Origin: a virus
DNA length: 64,000 bases
Direction: 5' to 3' (one strand)
IMG/VR virus record: IMGVR_UViG_3300029858_000005
Shown here piece after piece: positions 45,876-53,736 of this stretch. The stretch's first letter is position 1. The number at the start of each line of letters is the position of its first letter. The notes beneath the pieces are model-generated. The model was not told the origin of the DNA. It saw only the letters and a list, made by a program, of their open reading frames with translations, and did not search any database. The position numbers and the translations under genes are program-made.

Positions 45876-47160
45876 ATGAGCATCCTAGCGCAGGGATTTT
45901 GCCGGAATGAAGATACAAGGTTTTAAATATCCCGGTTGCGGAGTACAGGGACCATCTAATACCTAGATGGTCCTCTGTTCGTCCTAAACCGGGCATTATC
46001 AATCTGATATAGCTATGCGCAGCATCTTCTGACCGGCAGACTCTGTAACCGAGCACACGGACGTGGGAGAAGGACGGACAGATTCAGGCAACGCCTCTAT
46101 AACATCATCTGATTGATCCAGCTATCCAAGTTTACAACTTGAGACAGCTGGATCATTCATATGGCACAAGGCGTAGCTCATCAATGAAGTACAGAGATGT
46201 GCCGGTCCGCATGACTCTCGCAGGTGGCGCACACCACCACTCACTGACGGATGGCAATAGTTTATGAAACAGGTCTCTTAACCAGACTCTGGATCCTGGT
46301 AACACCCGGATCCTGAGTCTGGCGAATCCTGTGTCAAATCAGAAACATAAAGTATTGTGCCGAGCCATCGGTCAGGGAATCACCCTAACACGAGGGTAGT
46401 CTTTAAAGGAGAGTGAATTTATGAGTGCTGTTTACATGCCGCCGGTGTGGCCGGCGGCTTACAACAGCCCTCGAATCAAGCTGTTATAGCTACGTGCCAC
46501 GCTCTCAGATGAAGACAACGTTATTGCCAAACGAGGTACACGAGGAGGAATTCTTTATATCACGAGCTTTGTAACTCGCGGGGAGGCATCCTTAGAACAA
46601 CGATGCTCCCCGCGATATCAGCTCCCTCAATCGCCAAGATAGAGATAGACAACAGACCTATGAGTGTACCTACAAACAACCAAAGTGAATTGCATCACGA
46701 CTTATCAAGAGTATGAGGTTTAATATCCCGTAAGGTGGAATACCTGTGCCTGCCGATATCTCCGCAGGCACAGGTATCCAGTCACGGGACCGAATCAAGA
46801 ACATATATCCATGCAACATAATACATGAGATAAGTCATTCGCATTGCAGCGATGTCTGGCAAGTTCTGAGAGTTCATCGAGCGTTTCATTGATTCTGAAG
46901 CCAAGGATGTGGAAGCGTACGCTTCCTGAGGTTGGCTTCATAACAATGCCACGCCCTTAATCAAAAACTTAAAGCAATGCAACGTATCAGGTTGAGTCAG
47001 ACTAGGTTATTGCGAGCCGAATGGTGCGCAAGGAGAATAGATTGTACAATACGGTATCAATCATCCTGAAGATCCAGGTGGTTACCTGGATCTGTCAGGA
47101 CTTAGATACAGTATTAATCAAGACCTTATAGTTACGCAACAGATTCTCTGAGCGCACTCC
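45876..47160 (+). ncRNA. ~1.3-kb ORF-free, hairpin-dense region downstream of the RT: candidate large structured ncRNA
   Basis: No ORF of 60 aa or more lies wholly inside on either strand. All three stop codons occur in all frames. Perfect or near-perfect stems at 45949-45973, 46115-46154, 46282-46322, 46438-46458, 46577-46614, 46741-46776, 46897-46939 and 47065-47099. Confidence 0.5.
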
Positions 47161-47182
47161 TATTAACAAATATTTAAGAATT

Positions 47183-47428
47183 ATGAACAGCAAATTACTA
47201 AAGAAGCTTGAGGAAATCAAGAAAGAGTACGAAACGTCAGAAGTTTGCATGGGCGAGATGCTTGATTCAGTAAGTGCAGACGGATTATCTGTCGAGGATG
47301 CACACTGGTTGTATATGCGTGCAATGGAGTGGGCGAACGGAGATAAATTCTATATCCACATTGGAGAAGACGAAGACGTACTGAGTAAGGATGAACTCGA
47401 AGAAGCCAATTTGATAGTGCTAGAATAA
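47183..47428 (+). CDS. hypothetical acidic protein (81 aa)
   Basis: Track ORF with a variant start cassette (TTAACAAA). Confidence 0.55.
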   Translation: MNSKLLKKLEEIKKEYETSEVCMGEMLDSVSADGLSVEDAHWLYMRAMEWANGDKFYIHIGEDEDVLSKDELEEANLIVLE

Positions 47429-47460
47429 GCACTATCCCTATTAACCAATACAATAGAATT

Positions 47461-47913
47461 ATGACATACGACGAGATTATCAATGCAGTTGAGAATGGTG
47501 CTAAGTTCATCATCAACTTCCAGAAGAGAACATGTAGGGTGAATGGTAAGATAGTGATGTCCGAGGAAGATAAGCCGAAAGATACACCTTACCTGACACA
47601 TGCAGTAGTCCTGTTCGCAATAGAACAGAGATATAAGGCATACAAGCATTCTGTGCCATCAGAGCGTTCCGAATCCCATCGCCGCTACTACTTCAAGGCT
47701 TTGCCAGAGAAAGAGCTCACAGACGAAGATATGATGTATGGTGAGCGACGGGAGGTAGCGAGATGCAAGCTAGAACTATACGTCCTTATGCAGCTGCTCA
47801 GAGGAAACCTTGCATGGGAGAACAGATGGGGCAGATGGTTCTGGAAGTCAGAGAACGACAAGGATCTGATTATCCTCAGAGACTGGGTTGAGCCAAACAA
47901 GGGTGGGGCGTAA
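47461..47913 (+). CDS. hypothetical protein (150 aa)
   Basis: Track ORF with start cassette. Confidence 0.6.
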   Translation: MTYDEIINAVENGAKFIINFQKRTCRVNGKIVMSEEDKPKDTPYLTHAVVLFAIEQRYKAYKHSVPSERSESHRRYYFKALPEKELTDEDMMYGERREVARCKLELYVLMQLLRGNLAWENRWGRWFWKSENDKDLIILRDWVEPNKGGA

Positions 47914-47970
47914 GCCTCATCCACTAGAGTTAAATAAATTTTTAGTAACCAATTTAAAATAATTAGAATT

Positions 47971-49041
47971 ATGAAGCAGATTGTAACAATCACTGGTGAG
48001 AACTTGAACATCGTAACAAAAAACGTAGAGGCTACAGCAGCTACCCAGAAGACCAAGGCGCAGATGCGTCTCGAAGCTCTTAAGGCAGCAGGCGTTGATA
48101 CTAGTAAATATTTCCCTCTCGGTGACGACCAGCTTATCAAGATCGAAAATGGCGCAGCAGTTCCTGTAGACATGGACGATGCAACCATCGATGCGGTAGG
48201 CAAGCAGATTGTCGAGGGTGGATACGTAAGCAACTGGAAGCTCTTCCGTCGTTGGGTGATGAGTCAGATGTTCCACATGTTGCGAGACATGGATAAGAGT
48301 TATCTGTCATTCAACGAGGTGTTGCAGCACAAGGGCTACGAGTATCAGTGGCGCATGTTGGAGAACGAGCTGCATGCTCAGATGAAGATGTGTGACCACA
48401 AGGATTACGAGAACACCAAGGCGAGAAATCGCTGGTTCAACGGCTGCGTAGCACACGATATGGCTATTGACTATATTAACAAGCTTCGCAGCTATATTGA
48501 CGACAAGTGCATCTACACTACCAAGATAGACAAGGATGGAAAAAAGAAGAAGACATACAAGCATACCTGCAAGGGTAATCCTTATATCCGTCTTCAAAAC
48601 GAAAACATCTTCGTCGCTGACTTGGAGAGAAAGGTATACAATCCTCTCCGTGACCTTGCCAACAAGATGGGGGCTGTACCGACCTACACCTACAAGGAGC
48701 TCTACGATGCAGTTCGCGAGTTCAACAAGAACCGCAAGCATCTCGCATGGGATACCAAGCAGGCAGATGCATTCATTCATGCTTACAAAGGGTCTGGTTC
48801 CTACTACACGATGAGAAACCTCATCATGTTCCATGGAGCAAGATTCATGAAGAACGGACGAAAGATGTCAGAGGCCAATTCTCTGAAGGAGCTTGAGTCT
48901 AAAGCCAAGCTCTACGATGAAGAGGGTTGGAAGATGCTCGGTGTACTCAAGCAGCTTATCAAGGACAATAATATAAGCGTCCAGGGCAAGATTCTTGAAT
49001 GGAAGAAAGCCAAGAGCGAGAACAAGGAAGAGGTTCAGTAG
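47971..49041 (+). CDS. hypothetical protein (356 aa)
   Basis: Track ORF with start cassette. Confidence 0.65.
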   Translation: MKQIVTITGENLNIVTKNVEATAATQKTKAQMRLEALKAAGVDTSKYFPLGDDQLIKIENGAAVPVDMDDATIDAVGKQIVEGGYVSNWKLFRRWVMSQMFHMLRDMDKSYLSFNEVLQHKGYEYQWRMLENELHAQMKMCDHKDYENTKARNRWFNGCVAHDMAIDYINKLRSYIDDKCIYTTKIDKDGKKKKTYKHTCKGNPYIRLQNENIFVADLERKVYNPLRDLANKMGAVPTYTYKELYDAVREFNKNRKHLAWDTKQADAFIHAYKGSGSYYTMRNLIMFHGARFMKNGRKMSEANSLKELESKAKLYDEEGWKMLGVLKQLIKDNNISVQGKILEWKKAKSENKEEVQ

Positions 49042-49262
49042 GACGTAAGGTTCGCCACCTAAAGAATGGTGGCTCGGCAGCAATTCACAAGAGCTTCTTC
49101 AACGAAGGATCTCCTCCAGTCACTACTGGAGGTAATCCTTCGAGCTAAAGCTCTCTAGATCGAACTTATAGAGTAAGGCGCCAGCCGGGGACCATTTTAG
49201 CCAAAAGTCGGTTACTGATTCGGTAACCGATTCGAAAAGTTTAACCAATAAAATTAAGAATT

Positions 49263-49658
49263 ATGAAGGAAATTAATGTAGACACAAGAGAGTATATTAA
49301 GGCTCTTATTGACGGGAAGAATGTCGTCGAGGAATCACTTCTAGACGCAATCTTTGACGATTCGCAATATCTCACCAATAAGTTTTTTTCATTGGGATTT
49401 GTAGGAGGCGCACCTACAATGATAGAGTATCACGGAAACTACCTATCTATCAGGAAGCTTCGATCGTGGATTACATCAGAGTGGGGTAGAGAGATTGTCA
49501 AACGACTGACTGGCGAATCAAAAAATAATATATACTATTTCGAGACGAAGCAGTATCTCGACGAACGCCAGGCTGAGCCTTTAATCTATACATTCTTTCT
49601 GAGCACAGATTACCTTACTGTAAGATTTCACTACAATGTAAAAGTAGATGAAGATTAG
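49263..49658 (+). CDS. hypothetical protein (131 aa)
   Basis: Track ORF with start cassette. Confidence 0.6.
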   Translation: MKEINVDTREYIKALIDGKNVVEESLLDAIFDDSQYLTNKFFSLGFVGGAPTMIEYHGNYLSIRKLRSWITSEWGREIVKRLTGESKNNIYYFETKQYLDERQAEPLIYTFFLSTDYLTVRFHYNVKVDED

Positions 49659-49709
49659 CCAAACATGTCAGTCGTTAGCAGCGGCTGACTACTCATATCA
49701 TAACTAAAT

Positions 49710-49758
49710 TTTGTTTAAATGGTTCAAGCCGGTCTGTCGTGAGACACGCCGGTTTTTT
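49710..49758 (+). terminator. TTTGTTTAAATG motif plus 13-bp hairpin with GTGA loop plus T-run (copy 1)
   Basis: aagccggtctgtc-gtga-gacacgccggttt(ttt). It contains a 7-codon ATG..TGA mini-ORF. Confidence 0.5.
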
Positions 49759-49792
49759 GTTCCACAAGTTTAACCAATTTTAAATTAGAATT

Positions 49793-50497
49793 ATGAGTAG
49801 AAATTACTGGACATTAGGTAAGGAAGGAATTAAGACTCGTCTGTCAAAGGCACAGGCAGCTTACGAGAACGCATTGGAGAATGTAGAGAACCTGCACGTC
49901 AAGATCAGTGATGGCAACAACAAGTTGGGAGCAATCCCATCTGTTTCGCTCATCCCGGTCATGGATTGCGGTAACTGTGCAATCTGTGCCAAGAGCTGCT
50001 ACGACCTGCGTAACGACCTCATCTACAAAGAGGTCGTCAAGACTAGAGCTATTAACTCCGCAATCTATCACGTGGATCCTGAGCGATACTTCAAGGAGAT
50101 TGATGACTACCTCAACTACCGCTATCCTAGAGCATTCCGATTCCACATCGGAGGCGACATCCGGGACAAATGGTATCTTGACAAAATGTGCGAGATTGCT
50201 CGCAAGCATAAGGATACCAAGTTCCTTGCGTTCACGAAGATGTTCGATGTGTGCAACGAGTATCTCGATGAGGGCAACGTAATCCCTGGGAACATGCACA
50301 TTCTCTTTTCGGGGTGGCTTGGTCTCAAGATGGATAACCGCCACGGATTTCCGGAGGCGCATCCTATCTTCGAGAGCGGAACGTCTGCTCCGGAAGGAAC
50401 ACGTCTGTGTACCGGGAACTGCACAGAGTGTCTGAAGGAAGATAGGTTGTGCTGGTCTATCGGGAAAGGTCAGGCGGTAGGATTCCTTGCACACTAG
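49793..50497 (+). CDS. GP88-family-like Cys-cluster protein
   Basis: KLGAIPSVSLIPVMDCGNCAICAKSCYDL...FRFHIGGDI...FLAFTK resembles the phage GP88 domain pattern (SLP..TCPG...C...CYA...GD...TK), recalled from memory. Confidence 0.4.
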   Translation: MSRNYWTLGKEGIKTRLSKAQAAYENALENVENLHVKISDGNNKLGAIPSVSLIPVMDCGNCAICAKSCYDLRNDLIYKEVVKTRAINSAIYHVDPERYFKEIDDYLNYRYPRAFRFHIGGDIRDKWYLDKMCEIARKHKDTKFLAFTKMFDVCNEYLDEGNVIPGNMHILFSGWLGLKMDNRHGFPEAHPIFESGTSAPEGTRLCTGNCTECLKEDRLCWSIGKGQAVGFLAH

Positions 50498-50556
50498 CCA
50501 AAAGCCTCGTCGAAACGACGGGGTACTATGTTTAACCAATTAAAATTTTGTGAATT

Positions 50557-50991
50557 ATGGCATCAGCAAGAAGAGGTACAAGAATGCTCAAAGCTTCCGA
50601 CATTATGAAGAGAAAGGGCATTGTCCAGAAACAGATGGACATGGACAAGTTCAACGAGGTTGTAGAGAATTTCTTTATGACCCATGAGCCTAAGGAGACG
50701 ATTCTCCTTACTCCGAAGAGATTCATCGAGATGGATAACCCGCCAAATGGAGACTTCATTGACTATCTCGATGTCAGCGTGTGGAAGAAGAGAAGCGAAG
50801 ACCCAAATGACCCGTTCGACTTCATCGACTTTCAGTACATGAAGAAGAACGGGATGCTCCGTCCTATCCTTATAGTGAACGAGCCTTTCATCGGCAATGC
50901 TGCCGGGTGGCTGAGAGATTTTTGTGGATTCACTGTGAAGAACAGAACACGAAAGAAGAAGAAGGAATATATCGTGTCTCTGCCGGTGTAA
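50557..50991 (+). CDS. hypothetical protein (144 aa)
   Basis: Track ORF with start cassette. Preferred over the antisense ORF 50563..50997. Confidence 0.55.
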   Translation: MASARRGTRMLKASDIMKRKGIVQKQMDMDKFNEVVENFFMTHEPKETILLTPKRFIEMDNPPNGDFIDYLDVSVWKKRSEDPNDPFDFIDFQYMKKNGMLRPILIVNEPFIGNAAGWLRDFCGFTVKNRTRKKKKEYIVSLPV

Positions 50992-51054
50992 AGCCAAACA
51001 ATGCGTGGAACATTCTGTTTCACGCTCCTAGTATTAACCAATTAAAATAGAGAT

Positions 51055-51423
51055 ATGGAAGATTTAGAAAGATTCAAGAAGTTTGTCAGAGAGAACAATC
51101 CTATGGTTCCTGACTTGTTGCAGGAGTTTGAACCAGTCCGCAAGATCGATTCCGTAGAAGATATCAACGATTGTGACTGGATTCATCTAATGGATGAGTA
51201 CGATGCGGCGAACATCACCTGGAAGGCTCAGATGATGGCGCAGGAAGTCGAAGATGCGCTCGGCAGCGATGAGTACACCTGCCACATACAGGAATACCCG
51301 AAGAGCGGCCGTATAGGTGTTATCATCGATGGAACACAAGAGTTCCTTGGCAAGAAGAGCGAATGCGAGAATTATCTTCAGGGGCTCCTTAGAGCACTGG
51401 AAATCACAAAGGAGAATCACTAA
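51055..51423 (+). CDS. hypothetical acidic protein (122 aa)
   Basis: Track ORF with start cassette. Confidence 0.6.
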   Translation: MEDLERFKKFVRENNPMVPDLLQEFEPVRKIDSVEDINDCDWIHLMDEYDAANITWKAQMMAQEVEDALGSDEYTCHIQEYPKSGRIGVIIDGTQEFLGKKSECENYLQGLLRALEITKENH

Positions 51424-51479
51424 GCCGAACAAGCCTGCCTGGAACGGTGGGCATCAAGTTAAACCAAAATATTAAGATT

Positions 51480-51998
51480 ATGAAGAGAAAAGTATTGAAA
51501 GACAAGATTGATGAGTTGCGTTCAACAGCAAAGATGGAACTTGCATGCACCATCCGTGAGATAATGAGAGAGCACAATGTGAGCAGAAAGGTGTTCGATT
51601 GGCCTGTACTTGCCGGCGACAACAGGGAGGTGAATATCGTAGAAGTAGGCGACAGCGAAACAGCTATCCCTATCATTCATAGCCGATGCACTTCTGTAGG
51701 GTTTGAGTTCCCGGAAGCAAAAGCTATCGATGACGATATACCAGTTGACCTTCTTGCAGACATCGCTACTAGTCTGAACGACGAGCTGAACGGCTATATC
51801 GGTGTCTATGCTGCAAAGTATAAGATTGCCTACAATGATGGAATTTTCATTCCTAAGGAGAATCCGTACGTATTCCGGGCAGAATCATATAAAGATGCAT
51901 TGGATGAGGCGGAAGACTACATGCGTGTGTGGAATGACCATAATGGTTCTACCCTAAGACTCGTGTCAGTCGAGAAGCAGACTGCTTCGGAAGGTTAA
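51480..51998 (+). CDS. hypothetical protein (172 aa)
   Basis: Start cassette at the internal Met of track ORF 51447..51998. Confidence 0.6.
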   Translation: MKRKVLKDKIDELRSTAKMELACTIREIMREHNVSRKVFDWPVLAGDNREVNIVEVGDSETAIPIIHSRCTSVGFEFPEAKAIDDDIPVDLLADIATSLNDELNGYIGVYAAKYKIAYNDGIFIPKENPYVFRAESYKDALDEAEDYMRVWNDHNGSTLRLVSVEKQTASEG

Positions 51999-52047
51999 AT
52001 TAGCGTTAAAAACGGCAAAGACGATGGTTTATATTATAAACTTTTCG

Positions 52048-52055
52048 TATCTTTG
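52048..52055 (+). promoter_or_regulatory. -7 promoter motif (TATCTTTG) in front of the internal recombinase gene
   Basis: It lies in the right arm of an imperfect inverted repeat (52014-52024 / 52045-52057). The loop of that repeat contains GGTTTATAT. Confidence 0.4.
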
Positions 52056-52081
52056 CCACTAGTAACCAAAATTATAGAATT

Positions 52082-53101
52082 ATGACAGAAGAAATAAGAA
52101 TCAAGACAAGAGATTGGGAGAGACTTCTGAGCTACACTCAGCAGCAGAAGTACAAGACTGCCATCAAGCAGGGTTGGTTCGCCAATTATCACGGCAACTC
52201 GTGGAGGCATGACACGTTCTATGGCGCATACATCTGGAAATACCCGAAACTTATTAAGGTTGTAAGGATGTTCGAAGAGATGCTTGGACATAAGCCATTA
52301 TGGGAAGACATCACCGACGACAATCTGCGCGACCTCTATGAGAAGATTCAGGAGAACTACGCTCCTAACTCGGCAAGAACCGTATGTGCAACCATCAAGG
52401 CCGTGATACGTGAGAACGATGCTACCAGGGAAATTCCTAGTCCTACGTTCGGCAGAATACTTAGAGCGAAGGCTGTACCGGTTCAGTCTGTATATCTCTC
52501 TGATGAGGAGATAAACAGGATCATCAAGTACAACCCTCACGGGAAAACAAAAAGATATGTTCAGAGAATGTTTATCATGGAATGTCTCTGTGGCGCACGT
52601 TACAGCGACTGCCAGAGGATGACGGAAGAGAACATAGATGATACCGGACACTTCCTCGTGTATGTTACTCAAAAGACAAAGACCGAGGTAAGGGTTCCAC
52701 TTCACAAGAAGCTCCGTAAGTTCCTCGTATGCGGCACTGGTGACGAGCCTCTTCCGGGTGAGATAGGTGAAAGGACGTTCAATAGAGCACTCCGCGATAT
52801 CTGTCGTGACTGCGGAATAGATACGAATACAAAGGTGTTCAAAGCTGGAAAGGAAGAGACAGGAAAGAAGTATCGGTTCGTATCATCCCATACGGGCAGA
52901 CGCTCGTTCGCAACGAATCTCTCAAAGAAGGGAGTACCTCTTGAGCAGATTGCCGTCATGATGGGACATACCAGTAACGGTATGCCTAATATACAGATGA
53001 CACAGCGCTACATTGTCGGTAAGACCGAGATTGACAGCAATACACTGAGATTGTTCGGCGTCTATGAAGAAGACCTCGATAACGGTCTAGATGAGGATTA
53101 A
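52082..53101 (+). CDS. tyrosine recombinase (second, internal copy)
   Basis: Catalytic-type residues seen: CGARYSD (Arg), SSHTGRRSF (His-x-x-Arg), MMGHTS (His), TQRYI (Tyr). Confidence 0.8.
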   Translation: MTEEIRIKTRDWERLLSYTQQQKYKTAIKQGWFANYHGNSWRHDTFYGAYIWKYPKLIKVVRMFEEMLGHKPLWEDITDDNLRDLYEKIQENYAPNSARTVCATIKAVIRENDATREIPSPTFGRILRAKAVPVQSVYLSDEEINRIIKYNPHGKTKRYVQRMFIMECLCGARYSDCQRMTEENIDDTGHFLVYVTQKTKTEVRVPLHKKLRKFLVCGTGDEPLPGEIGERTFNRALRDICRDCGIDTNTKVFKAGKEETGKKYRFVSSHTGRRSFATNLSKKGVPLEQIAVMMGHTSNGMPNIQMTQRYIVGKTEIDSNTLRLFGVYEEDLDNGLDED

Positions 53102-53164
53102 GCTAAAACTGGAGGTGGCCAGCTGCCATCTCCTGCCATTGTTTAACCAATTAAAATAATGATT

Positions 53165-53587
53165 ATGGTAGAAGATTATACAGTAGAAGAGTTGAATAAA
53201 CTCATCAATGAGTGTCGGAAGAAGTACGAAAAGCTAGAAAAGGAGACCGTCATGAAGGCTCTGACTGGCGAGATTGGTACGAACTCCGCAATGGTGGAAG
53301 AGTTGGAGATACTCAACATCCACTATCACGATGAAATGGATGAGTACGATATAACTGCACCTGACCTGAATCCAGATCTTATCGATAATTTCAAGAGGGC
53401 AGAGCGTGATGGCAAGAACGTCATCTTCGAGGCACAGGAATATCTTAAGATCCTGGGAATGTGCGAAGAAATGTTCAACCAGAAGCTATGGGTCAACGAA
53501 GATGGCCACATATGCGATGAAGAAGGTAATAGACTTTCCGCCGACAGAGAGCATCGTGTTTTCGAAGTTGTTAAGTGCGGAAAATAA
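53165..53587 (+). CDS. hypothetical acidic protein (140 aa)
   Basis: Track ORF. The ATG at 53165 matches gattATG. Confidence 0.55.
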   Translation: MVEDYTVEELNKLINECRKKYEKLEKETVMKALTGEIGTNSAMVEELEILNIHYHDEMDEYDITAPDLNPDLIDNFKRAERDGKNVIFEAQEYLKILGMCEEMFNQKLWVNEDGHICDEEGNRLSADREHRVFEVVKCGK

Positions 53588-53613
53588 TATACATCTAGTT
53601 TTCATATACTAGA

Positions 53614-53663
53614 TTTGTTTAAATGTTCGTCCTCTCTTGCCCGTGAGGGTAGGGGAGGATTTT
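53614..53663 (+). terminator. TTTGTTTAAATG motif plus 13-bp hairpin with GTGA loop plus T-run (copy 2)
   Basis: tcctctcttgccc-gtga-gggtaggggagga-tttt. Same geometry as copy 1, a different stem sequence, and a 7-codon mini-ORF. Confidence 0.5.
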
Positions 53664-53736
53664 AAAAACGGCCCCGATTAGCCAAAAATAGGGAGCTTCG
53701 GCTCCTGCAATTAATAACTTTTAAAAAATAAGAATT

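Noticed and set aside
45790-46056. 88-aa minus-strand ORF overlapping the RT 3' end
   Set aside because: It overlaps the RT coding sequence antisense, has no start context, and sits within a hairpin-rich region.
45876-47160. Hidden protein gene read with a reassigned stop codon (TAG or TGA recoding as in some gut phages)
   Set aside because: TAA, TAG and TGA all interrupt every frame on both strands. In addition, the 2069-aa and 2625-aa late genes are open in the standard code.
44610-47182. Diversity-generating retroelement (DGR)
   Set aside because: RT4 lacks the DGR-specific [LIV]GxxxSQ motif. There is no Avd-like accessory gene. I could find no ~100-bp template/variable repeat pair between the RT-proximal region and any gene 3' end in the window. 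A computational A-mismatch-tolerant repeat search would be needed for a definitive exclusion.
44610-47182. Group II intron (RT as intron-encoded protein)
   Set aside because: In group II introns the ORF sits in domain IV, with about 500-600 nt of ribozyme upstream. Here the upstream sequence is an ordinary small gene plus the standard cassette. No GUGYG 5' end and no domain-V-like 34-nt hairpin (AGC triad, 2-nt bulge, GNRA loop) was seen in 45876-47160.
47688-48834. Minus-strand ORFs 47688..48233, 47917..48276 and 48307..48834
   Set aside because: They are antisense to cassette-initiated plus-strand genes in a uniformly plus-strand operon.
49844-50539. 231-aa minus-strand ORF
   Set aside because: It is antisense to the GP88-like gene, which has the conserved start cassette and recognisable motifs.
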